A DNA stretch of 64,000 nucleotides from Armatimonadota bacterium. Lineage in GTDB: Bacteria > Armatimonadota > UBA5829 > DTLH01. The notes beneath the pieces were generated by a model. It saw only the letters and a list, made by a program, of their open reading frames with translations. It did not search any database and had not been told where the DNA came from. Position numbers and translations under genes: made by a program. Of this stretch, positions 39,027 to 48,577 are shown one piece after another. The stretch covers positions 64,001-128,000 of the forward strand of contig JBDKUN010000056.1 in assembly GCA_039679675.1 (NCBI GenBank). Direction: 5' to 3'. How positions within the stretch are numbered: position 1 is the stretch's first letter; each line of letters starts with the position of its first letter.

Positions 39027-42000
39027 ATGCATAGAACATCCTATGCGCGCCATATGCGGAGTATTACGCTAATGGTGACGGTGCTGGCCCTTGTCCTCTG
39101 TGCAGGAGCTTCATTTGCACAGTTAATGGACTGGAGTCAGTGGAATTATCATGTCGATGTCAATGTAAATACCGGACCGTATCCAAGAACGGTATCGCCG
39201 GTAGAACTCCAGATCAACTTTAACAATTATCTACCTGCTGGAGCGGCTTTCGATGAAAATTCGGTAAGAGTCGCGGAATATAACGATGCGGGAAGAACCT
39301 CCCCGAAGCCAACCACGGTCAGCGGTGGCTATCCTGGCGAGATTCCCAGTCAGTTTGATAAGGGTACGGATTACGATGCCGCTACCAAGGCAACCGGTGA
39401 GGTCATATGGCTTCTCAAAGGAGAAACGGGAGCCAATACCACAAGATACTACAGAATATATTTCGATACCACTGCCAACAGCAAGATGTCCACTTTCTAT
39501 TCTACAGACCTATCTCTGAATACTGATTCGACCTCAGCCTATACTGTCGAGAACGACACCTATAGAGTAGGATACGGACTTGCTAAGGGTAACATTCAAA
39601 GCCTTGCTTATAAAGTACTCATGGGATCGACGATAATGTGGGATAGCGTAGGCGGCGATACAGATGGCATTTGGGGCCTTTACTATGGGACAGAGGAGTC
39701 AGGCTATGGCTGGTTGTGCCAGCATAACGGATCGGAGTCAGCGACCGTTACATATTCTGCAAGTGTGGTCAGACTCACAATTACCTGTGTAAGGAATCCG
39801 AGAACTTCTCTTCAGAAATATACGGTAGTGCGCAAGTTCTATGCCGGAGGTATCCCCTATTTCAAGAATGAAGTAAAGATAGAACGGCTTCCCACAGATA
39901 CAGGTACAGGCGCTTGCCTGCAGAAGCAGATTCGGTGGAGCGATGCAAAGACTGACCTCTCTCTCCGCACGTTAGCTGCTTCTGATACGACGACTAATCC
40001 TATCACAGGCAATAATATGCCTTATGACTATATCTACGACTACGGCTCCGGCGGAGGCATAGGCATCCTGATGGCTAACGACTTCAGGCCGGATGTCTAC
40101 GATAGTGGTGGTACTGCTACTCCTACCGTGCCCACTTGCACCGTTACAAATACAGGCAACCGTTATTGGAGATTCAATAATCCTGCATATCCGCAGACAA
40201 TAACCCACGCCCTTTTGGTACACAACGGAACGACCCAGGCAGAAGCAAAGAGCCAAGTGGATGCGGCCCTCAATGACTACGATTGCCCTGTCCAGGCAGT
40301 GCTGGCCAACAAAGGCTTCATACTGGGCAGAGTAACAGACGCATCTGACTCCATAAAGCCCGTCAAAGATGCGATGATAAGAGTATGGGTAAACGGTGCT
40401 TACCTTACCAAGACCTATACCACAGTGCTTGGTTACTTTGAGGTCCCCAACATTTCCGGTACTGCTAAGATCAGTGTCAAATGCGACGGATACGAGACAG
40501 CGGTGGTAGACAACCTGAATATAACAAATGGAGTAGTCACTACTGCTAATATCTCGCTTACGCCTCTTGACAAGTGGATGAACCTGAAAACAAACGCCTG
40601 GAAATTGGCTCCTGATTCAGTAGTATATCCTTATGTAGCAGCCGGTACGGATGTCGCTGCATTCGGTGCGGCAACCATTGCCCCGACACTGGAGAGCCAG
40701 TTTGTCGACATCACTGTTCCGAGTGATTGGGACAGCGTTCAGGGCACAGAGAGCAACCAGATTTATGGCTGGTATCGCACCAACATAACGCTGCCCTCGA
40801 CATGGGCGAATAGAGACCTGATAATCAGGGATTACCAGGTTGATGATGTGGCCGCTGTTTACATGAACGGTAAATATGTAGGTAAAGTGGGCACATTCCC
40901 GAATGCTTATTATCCGCGCACCACAAGCTCGCCGTATTCTACAGCTGCTGGTCTTCCTGCGGATCTTATTATCCCAGCCAGTGCAGTAAACACCGGCGCT
41001 ACGCCCAATGTACTCGCTGTAAGATTGTTTGACGACACCGGTCCCGGTGGAATAGGCGCAGGCGGACCCATCCTTGAGGTGGCTCCTATTACGGCAGTGG
41101 TTAATGTGGACGTCACAGGTCCAAATGATTCTACTGGAGAAAAGCATCCTGTCGTTGGAGCAAGTGTGCAGGTAGTAGGAACATCAATATCTGGTGTAAC
41201 AGACGCTAATGGCAGATGTGCGCTCCACGGTATTCCGGGCGATATTTATGATATCACGGTCAATGCTGATGGATATGGGACACAGACTATTACTGGTGTC
41301 GATGTACCCGATGCAGGAACACTTACCATTCCTGTAACATATGACTCGTTCACTGCAACTATAACTGGTATGGTGACCAAAGAAGGCAATCCGGTTGCCA
41401 ACATACGTGTAATAGCCGAGGGCGCCTCAACTGTATCCGCCAAATCGGGTTCTGATGGACGTTACACTATTTCCGGTTTAACACCCGGTGATTACCAGCT
41501 TACATTCAACGGGATAAGAGCTGTTCCTCAGACTGGTATAGCTGTCGATGCCAAAGTGCTTCAGGTGATAAAGAATGTAGACCTGCTATATGGCTACACA
41601 CCGGTCTATGATGATTTCTCCGGGACGGAGCTTAATTCCAACAAGTGGGAGCTGTTCAATTCGGATGGTGGTGATGCGACAGGTACGCTCGCCACTCCGA
41701 TCGGCGGAATATTGAATATCGAGCCTAACGGGAAAAGAGCGGGAATCATAAGCAAAGAAGCATTCCCGAGAATCGCTGAATACGAGTACCAATTGCCCAG
41801 GAAATTTACGGGCACAAACCAGTGCTTCTGTATTATCAAAGACAATGCCAGCGGTTATGCGAACTATGTCGATCTCCAGGATGAGGGCAGTACGGCTTAT
41901 GCGCCGTATATGAACTGCTTTATCGATGGTTCAAAGTTCTGGCAGTCGTATGTATTGACTTCTTACCCGTATCCGACTACGGTTACTGTTCTGAGAACAG

Positions 42001-43430
42001 GTAACTATTACGACATCTACCTAAATGGTGATCTGCTTAGAGAGACCATTACTGACAAGATTCCTGATGCAGCTTATATCTATATGTATGGCTTCGAAGC
42101 GTCAGGCACAACAACAGTGGCCTATTTCGACAACATACGGGCAGGCGCTGCTGTTCCTGTAGCTAAATCAACAATTGCAGACTCCAAGTCTGTTGCCCCT
42201 GGTACACTGCTTCATCTACCTGAAGCTGTAGTGATAGCCAGCTTTGGAGATGCCTTCTGGGTAGAAAATACCGACCGTTCCGCAGGCATGAAGGTGATTT
42301 CTTCAACCAAACCTACGGTAGGCAAGAAGGTAATAATCGCAGGCAAGGTACAGTTGATCAACAATGAGGCTGTAATTACCGAGCCTGAAACACTGATAAC
42401 CGGCAATGGCACTGTTCCTCCAGCTATTGCAATAACAGGCAAGGTCGCAGGCGAGTTCAACAAGGGCGGAGCCAGTGCACAGGGTATGCTTGTAAAAGTA
42501 TCCGGCACAGTTACAGAGGTGACGAAAGACACCAATAACTACTTGACCGGTTACTATCTTGACGATGGAAGCGGCCTCACGGACGGACAGGGACACAAGG
42601 GCCTTTATGTGATAGTAGATCCTTCTTGGAAGATTTCTGCTGATAGTACTGTATCGGTGGGACAGTTCAAGACAAAGACAGGTCCTCTCACTGTATACGC
42701 AGGTGGAAGCACACCTATACCCGCCGTAAGGTCGATTGATCCTGATACGGTGTCCTTGGCTACGTTTACAGCGTATAATGACTTCGCATGGGGTTCAGCT
42801 CAGCCGAGTACGAACATTACTACTTATACCAATGGCGGGTATCCAGTCAGCGGTTACCTAAGAGATTATGTGACAGGGGCATACGTTCCTGAAAAGGTCA
42901 CGATATCCTCCAGTTCCGGTGTGTTGACTGCCAACTATGATGGCGGCACTGTTCCAACTGCCGGTGATGTGCTTACTTATTTCCAGACAAATGGTCAATG
43001 GATAGCATCTATCCAGTACACCAGATACGTGAGTGGGCAATCAGGTTGGTATTTTGATCTAGTGTTCAGCGGGCTTGACCCGAATGCGCTGTACGAGTTT
43101 GTTGGTACATGCAACTACGGAGGTTCAGGTTTTACCTCTTACAAGACATTGTACACAATCTCCGGTACCAGCAATCCTGTAAGCAGTACCTATGTTGCAG
43201 GAAGCACGGTGAACGGAAGTTCATCGGGAACTACCATAGCAACGGACGGCACGTCAACTTCGTTCTGTACTGGTTATAACATGAGCGGTTATGTGGCAAG
43301 ATGGTACAATATCAAGCCAGCAGCCGACGGCACGTTCAAGATAAGAGCTACAACCGGTAATTCAAGTACTAATGGATTCCCGTATGGTGTTTGTAGGCTC
43401 CAAAAACAGGGTGCTGAGCTGACACAGTAG
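39027..43430 (+). CDS. Large secreted multidomain protein, array paralog 4
   Basis: Collinear with paralog 3 across its length; GAGGAGG RBS. Confidence 0.85.
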   Translation: MHRTSYARHMRSITLMVTVLALVLCAGASFAQLMDWSQWNYHVDVNVNTGPYPRTVSPVELQINFNNYLPAGAAFDENSVRVAEYNDAGRTSPKPTTVSGGYPGEIPSQFDKGTDYDAATKATGEVIWLLKGETGANTTRYYRIYFDTTANSKMSTFYSTDLSLNTDSTSAYTVENDTYRVGYGLAKGNIQSLAYKVLMGSTIMWDSVGGDTDGIWGLYYGTEESGYGWLCQHNGSESATVTYSASVVRLTITCVRNPRTSLQKYTVVRKFYAGGIPYFKNEVKIERLPTDTGTGACLQKQIRWSDAKTDLSLRTLAASDTTTNPITGNNMPYDYIYDYGSGGGIGILMANDFRPDVYDSGGTATPTVPTCTVTNTGNRYWRFNNPAYPQTITHALLVHNGTTQAEAKSQVDAALNDYDCPVQAVLANKGFILGRVTDASDSIKPVKDAMIRVWVNGAYLTKTYTTVLGYFEVPNISGTAKISVKCDGYETAVVDNLNITNGVVTTANISLTPLDKWMNLKTNAWKLAPDSVVYPYVAAGTDVAAFGAATIAPTLESQFVDITVPSDWDSVQGTESNQIYGWYRTNITLPSTWANRDLIIRDYQVDDVAAVYMNGKYVGKVGTFPNAYYPRTTSSPYSTAAGLPADLIIPASAVNTGATPNVLAVRLFDDTGPGGIGAGGPILEVAPITAVVNVDVTGPNDSTGEKHPVVGASVQVVGTSISGVTDANGRCALHGIPGDIYDITVNADGYGTQTITGVDVPDAGTLTIPVTYDSFTATITGMVTKEGNPVANIRVIAEGASTVSAKSGSDGRYTISGLTPGDYQLTFNGIRAVPQTGIAVDAKVLQVIKNVDLLYGYTPVYDDFSGTELNSNKWELFNSDGGDATGTLATPIGGILNIEPNGKRAGIISKEAFPRIAEYEYQLPRKFTGTNQCFCIIKDNASGYANYVDLQDEGSTAYAPYMNCFIDGSKFWQSYVLTSYPYPTTVTVLRTGNYYDIYLNGDLLRETITDKIPDAAYIYMYGFEASGTTTVAYFDNIRAGAAVPVAKSTIADSKSVAPGTLLHLPEAVVIASFGDAFWVENTDRSAGMKVISSTKPTVGKKVIIAGKVQLINNEAVITEPETLITGNGTVPPAIAITGKVAGEFNKGGASAQGMLVKVSGTVTEVTKDTNNYLTGYYLDDGSGLTDGQGHKGLYVIVDPSWKISADSTVSVGQFKTKTGPLTVYAGGSTPIPAVRSIDPDTVSLATFTAYNDFAWGSAQPSTNITTYTNGGYPVSGYLRDYVTGAYVPEKVTISSSSGVLTANYDGGTVPTAGDVLTYFQTNGQWIASIQYTRYVSGQSGWYFDLVFSGLDPNALYEFVGTCNYGGSGFTSYKTLYTISGTSNPVSSTYVAGSTVNGSSSGTTIATDGTSTSFCTGYNMSGYVARWYNIKPAADGTFKIRATTGNSSTNGFPYGVCRLQKQGAELTQ

Positions 43431-43465
43431 GCAACAGTGTCCTGGATTGAACTTGATCATGTGAT

Positions 43466-43500
43466 AAACGGCCTGGGAAAACTTACTCCCAGGCCGTTTT
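43466..43500. terminator. Bidirectional terminator between paralog 4 and rhaB
   Basis: AAACGGCCTGGGA-loop-TCCCAGGCCGTTTT. Confidence 0.85.
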
Positions 43501-43517
43501 CATAACTAAAATCAGGA

Positions 43518-44996
43518 TTAGCTCCTGCTGACCGTGAGGAACCGCTCGTAGGCTTCGTCCCAGCCGGTTCTGTCCTGCGGAACGAACTCTTCCAGGATAA
43601 AGGAGTTTCTTATAACCTGTCTGGCCTCTTCGAGTGAACCGATGAGCCCGACCGCCATCGCCTGCACCAGCACATTCCCCGCTGCTGTCGCCTCTATCGG
43701 GCCTACAACGACCTTCCTGCCGGTTGCATCGGCGGCGAACTGGCAAAGCAGTTTGTTCTGGCATCCGCCGCCTACGATGTTGATGGTATCTATCGACCTT
43801 CCGGTAAGCTCTTCGAGTGCTTCGATGGTCTGCCGGTAGCTCAGCGAAAGGCTTTCGAGTGCTGTACGCGCGATTTCACCTTTTGTCTCCGGTATCCTTT
43901 GCCCGGTCGATGCGCAGAACCTGCATATCCGCTCCGGCATATCTCCAGGGGCGAGGAACGACGGGTCTTTAGTGTCGATAATGCTCTTGAAAGGCTCTGC
44001 AGCTGCCGCGATACGCGTAATTCCTTCGTAAGAAAACTCCTCGCCCTCTTTTGCCCAGGTCCGCCTCGATTCCTGCACCAGCCACAACCCCATAATGTTT
44101 GTAAGGAACCGGAAAGTCCCTTCTACTCCGCCTTCATTGGTGAAATTGTGCATTCGGGCGTTTTCGTTGATTATAGGCTCACTCGTCTCGATTCCCATAA
44201 GCGACCAGGTGCCGGAACTTATATAGGCACAGTTTTGCCCGCTTATCGGTGCTGCTACAACGGCTGAAGCTGTATCATGGGAAGCGGTAGCTATGACGGG
44301 AACGTCCTCTGCACCGGTCTCCTCAGCGACATCGGGGAGAACAGGCCCAAGCACTGTTCCGGGAGAGATTATTTCGGGCAGTATATTGGTGGGAAGGCCC
44401 AGTTTCTTCATAAGCTCGAATGCCCACGTTTTCTTGCGCGGGTCGTAGCACTGGCTTGTGGAAACATGAGTGAATTCTGCTGCCTTAACTCCCGAAAACC
44501 AGAAGCTGAACAAGTTGGGGATCGGAAGTATGACCTCAGCGAGCTCCAGAAGAGGGGATTTTTCGAGGGACATCGCATAAAGCTGATAGAGGGTGTTGAA
44601 TTGCATAAACTGCAGTCCCGTAGTCTCGAATATCTCCTCAGCGGATATATGTTTGAACACTTCTTCCATCATCCCGTTTGTGCGGGAATCTCGGTAGTGA
44701 TAAGGATTGCCGAGAAGCACGTCCGATTTTCCGAGAAGAGCATAATCCACTCCCCACGTATCGATCCCGATACCAGAGAGGTCGATCCCAGACTTTACGG
44801 ACTGGGACAGTGCATACTTCATATGGTCGAACAGCCGGAGCACATCCCAGTAAATGCTCCCGCGTATTCGTGATGGTCCGTTTGGAAATCTGTGTAATAC
44901 GTCAAGTTCAAGTTTATCGTCGCTGATGGAACCTATTATCCCACGTCCGCTTTCAGCGCCGAGATCAAGTGCTAGAAAATTTGCCTTACTACCCAA
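43518..44996 (-). CDS. rhaB: Rhamnulokinase family sugar kinase
   Basis: LALDLGAESGR, GIDTWGVDY, YRDSRT, HDTASAV, SSGTWSLMG, FTNEGG. Confidence 0.9.
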   Translation of the reverse strand: MGSKANFLALDLGAESGRGIIGSISDDKLELDVLHRFPNGPSRIRGSIYWDVLRLFDHMKYALSQSVKSGIDLSGIGIDTWGVDYALLGKSDVLLGNPYHYRDSRTNGMMEEVFKHISAEEIFETTGLQFMQFNTLYQLYAMSLEKSPLLELAEVILPIPNLFSFWFSGVKAAEFTHVSTSQCYDPRKKTWAFELMKKLGLPTNILPEIISPGTVLGPVLPDVAEETGAEDVPVIATASHDTASAVVAAPISGQNCAYISSGTWSLMGIETSEPIINENARMHNFTNEGGVEGTFRFLTNIMGLWLVQESRRTWAKEGEEFSYEGITRIAAAAEPFKSIIDTKDPSFLAPGDMPERICRFCASTGQRIPETKGEIARTALESLSLSYRQTIEALEELTGRSIDTINIVGGGCQNKLLCQFAADATGRKVVVGPIEATAAGNVLVQAMAVGLIGSLEEARQVIRNSFILEEFVPQDRTGWDEAYERFLTVSRS

Positions 44997-45212
44997 GTTA
45001 TAATTCTCCTTCCATCTGGAACCGCAAATTTTGGGTATATCTTAACCAACCACTACAGAGTTAGGAAAATGTTGCCAAGTATCCTGCCTTGTTCTCGATA
45101 AACAGCAAAAAACTCTGCCGAAACAGCGGAACCTGGCAGGCCGGCGTATCGTAATTATATATAGAGCAAAACTTAAGTCTTGTTCTATAGCAACGTATCC
45201 GATAATATTAAT

Positions 45213-45330
45213 ACGATCGCTGAATCCCGGTTTCGGGAGCGGGGAGACCAATTTGAGGGGGCTTGTCCTCACGGTGGAGGAGGGATATCTTCCTATCCCA
45301 GCCCGTCAGCTAACCCCGCAGGCGAGAAAG
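45213..45330 (+). promoter_or_regulatory. c-di-AMP riboswitch (ydaO/yuaA)
   Basis: ATCGCTGAATCC...GCGGGGAGACC...GGGG...CCCGTCAGCTAACCCCGCAGGCG matches the ydaO consensus blocks. Confidence 0.9.
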
Positions 45331-45347
45331 GAAGAAGGTTGCAGCGT

Positions 45348-45725
45348 ATGAAACAACTGGAGCCGTTACCGAGCGGGCTTCATGTAAAAAACATCGGTGA
45401 AGCAATAGTAATCTGCCCTGAAGGTGCATGTGACGAGGAGTGCACTGAAGCTCTCGAAAGTATAATAAGCCAGATAGAGAGCAAACCACAGACGAACATC
45501 ATCCTTGATGCAAGCAAGATCAACTACATTGAAACCTCTGGATTCAGGTGGATCATCAATCAGTTCCGCAAATTGCAGGAAATAGGGGGATCGCTCATAG
45601 TAGCCGGTCTCGCTGGTCCTGCTGAACGCGCGTTCAAGCTGCTTCAGCTTGATAGATACATCCCCGCCGCTGCCACAGTGGAAGCGGCGCTTGCTCGCGT
45701 GAGAAAACGGGAGCAAGCTGGCTAG
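45348..45725 (+). CDS. STAS-domain protein
   Basis: ILDASKINYIETSG, GGSLIVAGL, FKLLQLD; start moved downstream of the riboswitch. Confidence 0.82.
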   Translation: MKQLEPLPSGLHVKNIGEAIVICPEGACDEECTEALESIISQIESKPQTNIILDASKINYIETSGFRWIINQFRKLQEIGGSLIVAGLAGPAERAFKLLQLDRYIPAAATVEAALARVRKREQAG

Positions 45726-45752
45726 AAGAACAGAAAAGACAACAGGGCTTAT

Positions 45753-45790
45753 GTTAGCTGGCGGCTGAAAGCCGTCAGCTAACGCCTTTT
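45753..45790 (+). terminator. Hairpin/terminator after the STAS gene
   Basis: GTTAGCTGGCGGC-TGAAA-GCCGTCAGCTAAC then GCCTTTT. Confidence 0.65.
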
Positions 45791-45912
45791 GAATCACGGA
45801 GGCGCGGAAAGCTGCCTTCGGCAACCAAATTTGACCTCAGTTTACCCGCAGGTGTATATTGACTATAAGGTATCTGTGCCTTATAAAGCGCGGACGATAC
45901 CGGGAGGAAACG

Positions 45913-46584
45913 TTGCCGGAAAAAACTCCTGAAAACCAGTCGATTTCGGTATTGATAGCAGATGACCATGCCATATTAAGGGAAGGCCTAAAGGGTCTGC
46001 TTGATGAATATGAGGATATCTCCGTAGTCGGTGAGGCTGTTACCGGCAAGGATGCAATCCGCAAAACACGGGAACTCGAACCTGATATATTGCTCCTTGA
46101 TCTCATCATGCCCGAGCTTGGCGGGCTGCAAGCACTTGAAGTCATTCGCAGGGAAGCGCCTGCCACAAATACAATCATCCTGACCGGAGCTGATGACGAC
46201 GATTCGCTCGCTCGCTCGATACGGTTGGGAGCCAAAGGCTATCTTCTTAAAGACACCGCATCGTCCCAACTGGTGGAAGCTATTCGAGCAGTTGCTTCAG
46301 GCGCCTGCTGGCTGCCGCAGGGGCTCACCGATAGGCTGTTTCATGGCATTGCAAAGCGCCCGGAGGAGGATGAATCGACAAAACTGGCTCTTCTGACAGC
46401 GCGCGAAATGGAAGTATTTCAGCTGATTGGGGAAGCGCTTTCAAATTCAGCAATAGCAGAGAAGCTTTTCATAAGTGAGCACACGGTCAAGGTCCACGTA
46501 AGCAGAATCCTCGAGAAACTGGGCCTGGAGAACCGTGCGGAAGCAATCCGGTTTGCTATCCGTCACGGGTTGTCAAAGGCATAG
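45913..46584 (+). CDS. NarL/LuxR-family response regulator
   Basis: VLIADDH, LLDLIMP, GYLLK, LTAREMEV..TVKVHVS HTH; TTG start after GGAGG. Confidence 0.93.
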   Translation: MPEKTPENQSISVLIADDHAILREGLKGLLDEYEDISVVGEAVTGKDAIRKTRELEPDILLLDLIMPELGGLQALEVIRREAPATNTIILTGADDDDSLARSIRLGAKGYLLKDTASSQLVEAIRAVASGACWLPQGLTDRLFHGIAKRPEEDESTKLALLTAREMEVFQLIGEALSNSAIAEKLFISEHTVKVHVSRILEKLGLENRAEAIRFAIRHGLSKA

Positions 46585-46587
46585 CCT

Positions 46588-48258
46588 ATGACATCTGAAG
46601 CCCAATATACGCCCCGAAGAGAAGAAATAGCTATGGAGCGCACTCTTGCAGATGTGCGCATTATCCTGTGGTTCGCTACTGCCGTGATTATGACGACCCT
46701 CGTGGTGCAGAATGGCAACTATCGCTTCTGGCTGCCGTTCGGTTTGTTCATGTTTCTTGTCTACAGCACCGGTATGTGGCTGATAGTGCACTATTTCCCC
46801 TTTCCGCGCTTGCTCCATACTGCTGTAATTATTTCGAGCTTCGTCGAGGTGCTGCTCATAACCTTCATCGTTTGGGCGACTTATGCTCCGTTGACACCGT
46901 ATTACCTTTGGTATGTCTTTTATGTAGTAAGTATCGCACTCAGGTTCGGACTTCAGTTCTCGATCATCAGCTTGTCAGCGAGCGTCGTTCTGTATACGAT
47001 AACAGCGATGTCACCCAACAATTCAATCGTCAACGTACCGAACTTCCTCGGTTATACATGGTTCCTATTTGTTCTGGCGTTTTTGTTCGGGCATATGTCA
47101 GAGAGGCAGCGCAGCTACCAGGTCCGGCTCACGGTCGTGAACGAGCTTGGAGTGGCATTGGCATCGCTCTCTACCTCGAAGGACATCATCAGCCACCTGG
47201 TTTCGGAGACAGCCCGCCTCTCCGGATCGAGCAAATGTTGGTTTATACCGCATCAATCCCCTGAAGGAGGAATCGCTTCCAGCGCATCAGTTGGAATACC
47301 AAACGATGCACTCAGTACCCTGGTCGGAAGCCTGGGCGATTGGTCGCCTGATAAGGTGCTTGAGGAGAGACGTATTCTCGTCAGCAACAACCGCCGCAGA
47401 GATCAAAAGCTGCCTGCGGACGCGCTCAAATTGATACCAATGAAGTCGATTGCGGCTGTTCCGCTCTATGTACGTGAGTTACCTGTCGGCGTGCTTTACG
47501 CAGCGGACCGGCAGACGCGCGGGTTTTCCGGTTATGACATCGAACTACTGGAACTTGTCGCTGCACAGGCTGCGCCGATTATTGAGAACATCCGGCTTTG
47601 GGAGCAATTGAAGGAAACCGCGGCTTCCGAAGAACGGCTCAGAATAGCCCGCGACCTTCATGATGACTTTTTGCAGACACTGAGCGCTATAAAGCTCTAC
47701 CTGGAGCGATGCAGGCTCCTGATCGATAAAGACCCGGAAAAAGCCAAGTCCGCAGTGGACCGGCTGAACCAGATATCCACACAAGGTCTGGCTGATGTTC
47801 GCTCTTACCTTTCGCAACTCAGGCTCATGGGGCCGGAACCGTCCATGTTCGGAGAAGCCGCCGAAAAGGCTGCTGCGGAAGCGGCATCACGCGGCGGATT
47901 CATAATCCATACGGATGTGGATGTATCCGAGAGCATCCTTACAAGGCAATTGTCACTGACCGCGTTTCAGATATTGCGCGAGCTTCTGAACAACGTAGTG
48001 AAGCATGCGGAGGCTGAAAACGTATGGTTCAAGGTTATATGTGACTCTGGCAGCCTTTTGATCGAAGTCAGGGATGATGGGGTTGGCTTTGATCTGGATG
48101 ATGGCAAACATGCCAGTGAGAAAGGCCATTTGGGGCTTGTGGGCATCGAAGAACGCGTAAAGGAACACAGCGGGGAATTATGCATGGAAAGCAAGCCGGG
48201 TGAAGGTACAAGGGTGAAAATCCTGCTTCCGGTACAGCCGGATGAAACGGATAACTGA
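46588..48258 (+). CDS. Membrane sensor histidine kinase with GAF domain (HisKA_3)
   Basis: N-terminal TMs, GAF, ERLRIARDLHD, ELLNNVVKHA, DDGVGF, GHLGL. Confidence 0.93.
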   Translation: MTSEAQYTPRREEIAMERTLADVRIILWFATAVIMTTLVVQNGNYRFWLPFGLFMFLVYSTGMWLIVHYFPFPRLLHTAVIISSFVEVLLITFIVWATYAPLTPYYLWYVFYVVSIALRFGLQFSIISLSASVVLYTITAMSPNNSIVNVPNFLGYTWFLFVLAFLFGHMSERQRSYQVRLTVVNELGVALASLSTSKDIISHLVSETARLSGSSKCWFIPHQSPEGGIASSASVGIPNDALSTLVGSLGDWSPDKVLEERRILVSNNRRRDQKLPADALKLIPMKSIAAVPLYVRELPVGVLYAADRQTRGFSGYDIELLELVAAQAAPIIENIRLWEQLKETAASEERLRIARDLHDDFLQTLSAIKLYLERCRLLIDKDPEKAKSAVDRLNQISTQGLADVRSYLSQLRLMGPEPSMFGEAAEKAAAEAASRGGFIIHTDVDVSESILTRQLSLTAFQILRELLNNVVKHAEAENVWFKVICDSGSLLIEVRDDGVGFDLDDGKHASEKGHLGLVGIEERVKEHSGELCMESKPGEGTRVKILLPVQPDETDN

Positions 48259-48284
48259 AACCCTTGTTGGGATATTTGAAAATT

Positions 48285-48434
48285 GATCGGCACCTGCTTC
48301 ACGCTGTTTCGGCCGTGGGGATAGCCGGTATTTCAGGTGCTGCAGGTTGGAGCGCTTGTCTGAATAACGCTCCAAGGCAAATCTTTGAGTAATGGACCCG
48401 TGTATTTTCGGTTTCAGACAGCCTGCCGACCGTC
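48285..48434 (-). ncRNA. Candidate small structured RNA with its own promoter
   Basis: Minus-strand TTGCAG-17-TACAAT (48469-48441); closing stem GGTCGGCA/TGCCGATC; internal 10-bp hairpin. Confidence 0.45.
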
Positions 48435-48577
48435 AATGTAATTGTACCCCTTGGCGTCCCCGCCTGCAATCGGCCTTGAGACGTATTTTGGATTATCGAA
48501 AAGTGTTACGTGCATGTAATACTAAAGTATTACATCGCAATAAATTCCGGCTATATGAGGCATAATAATCCGGAAAA

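Noticed and set aside
27900..43500. Repeats as a CRISPR array, integron cassette array or invertible system
   Set aside because: No regular repeat-spacer structure, cas genes, attC sites, integrase or recombinase; all units are co-oriented with their own promoters.
45180..45347. N-terminal extension of the 181-aa STAS ORF
   Set aside because: It overlaps the c-di-AMP aptamer; the real start is probably ATG 45348.
48514..48535. Perfect 10-bp inverted repeat ATGTAATACT-AA-AGTATTACAT as an operator
   Set aside because: It is explained at least as well as part of the terminator hairpin of the minus-strand oxidoreductase gene; no second copy was seen.
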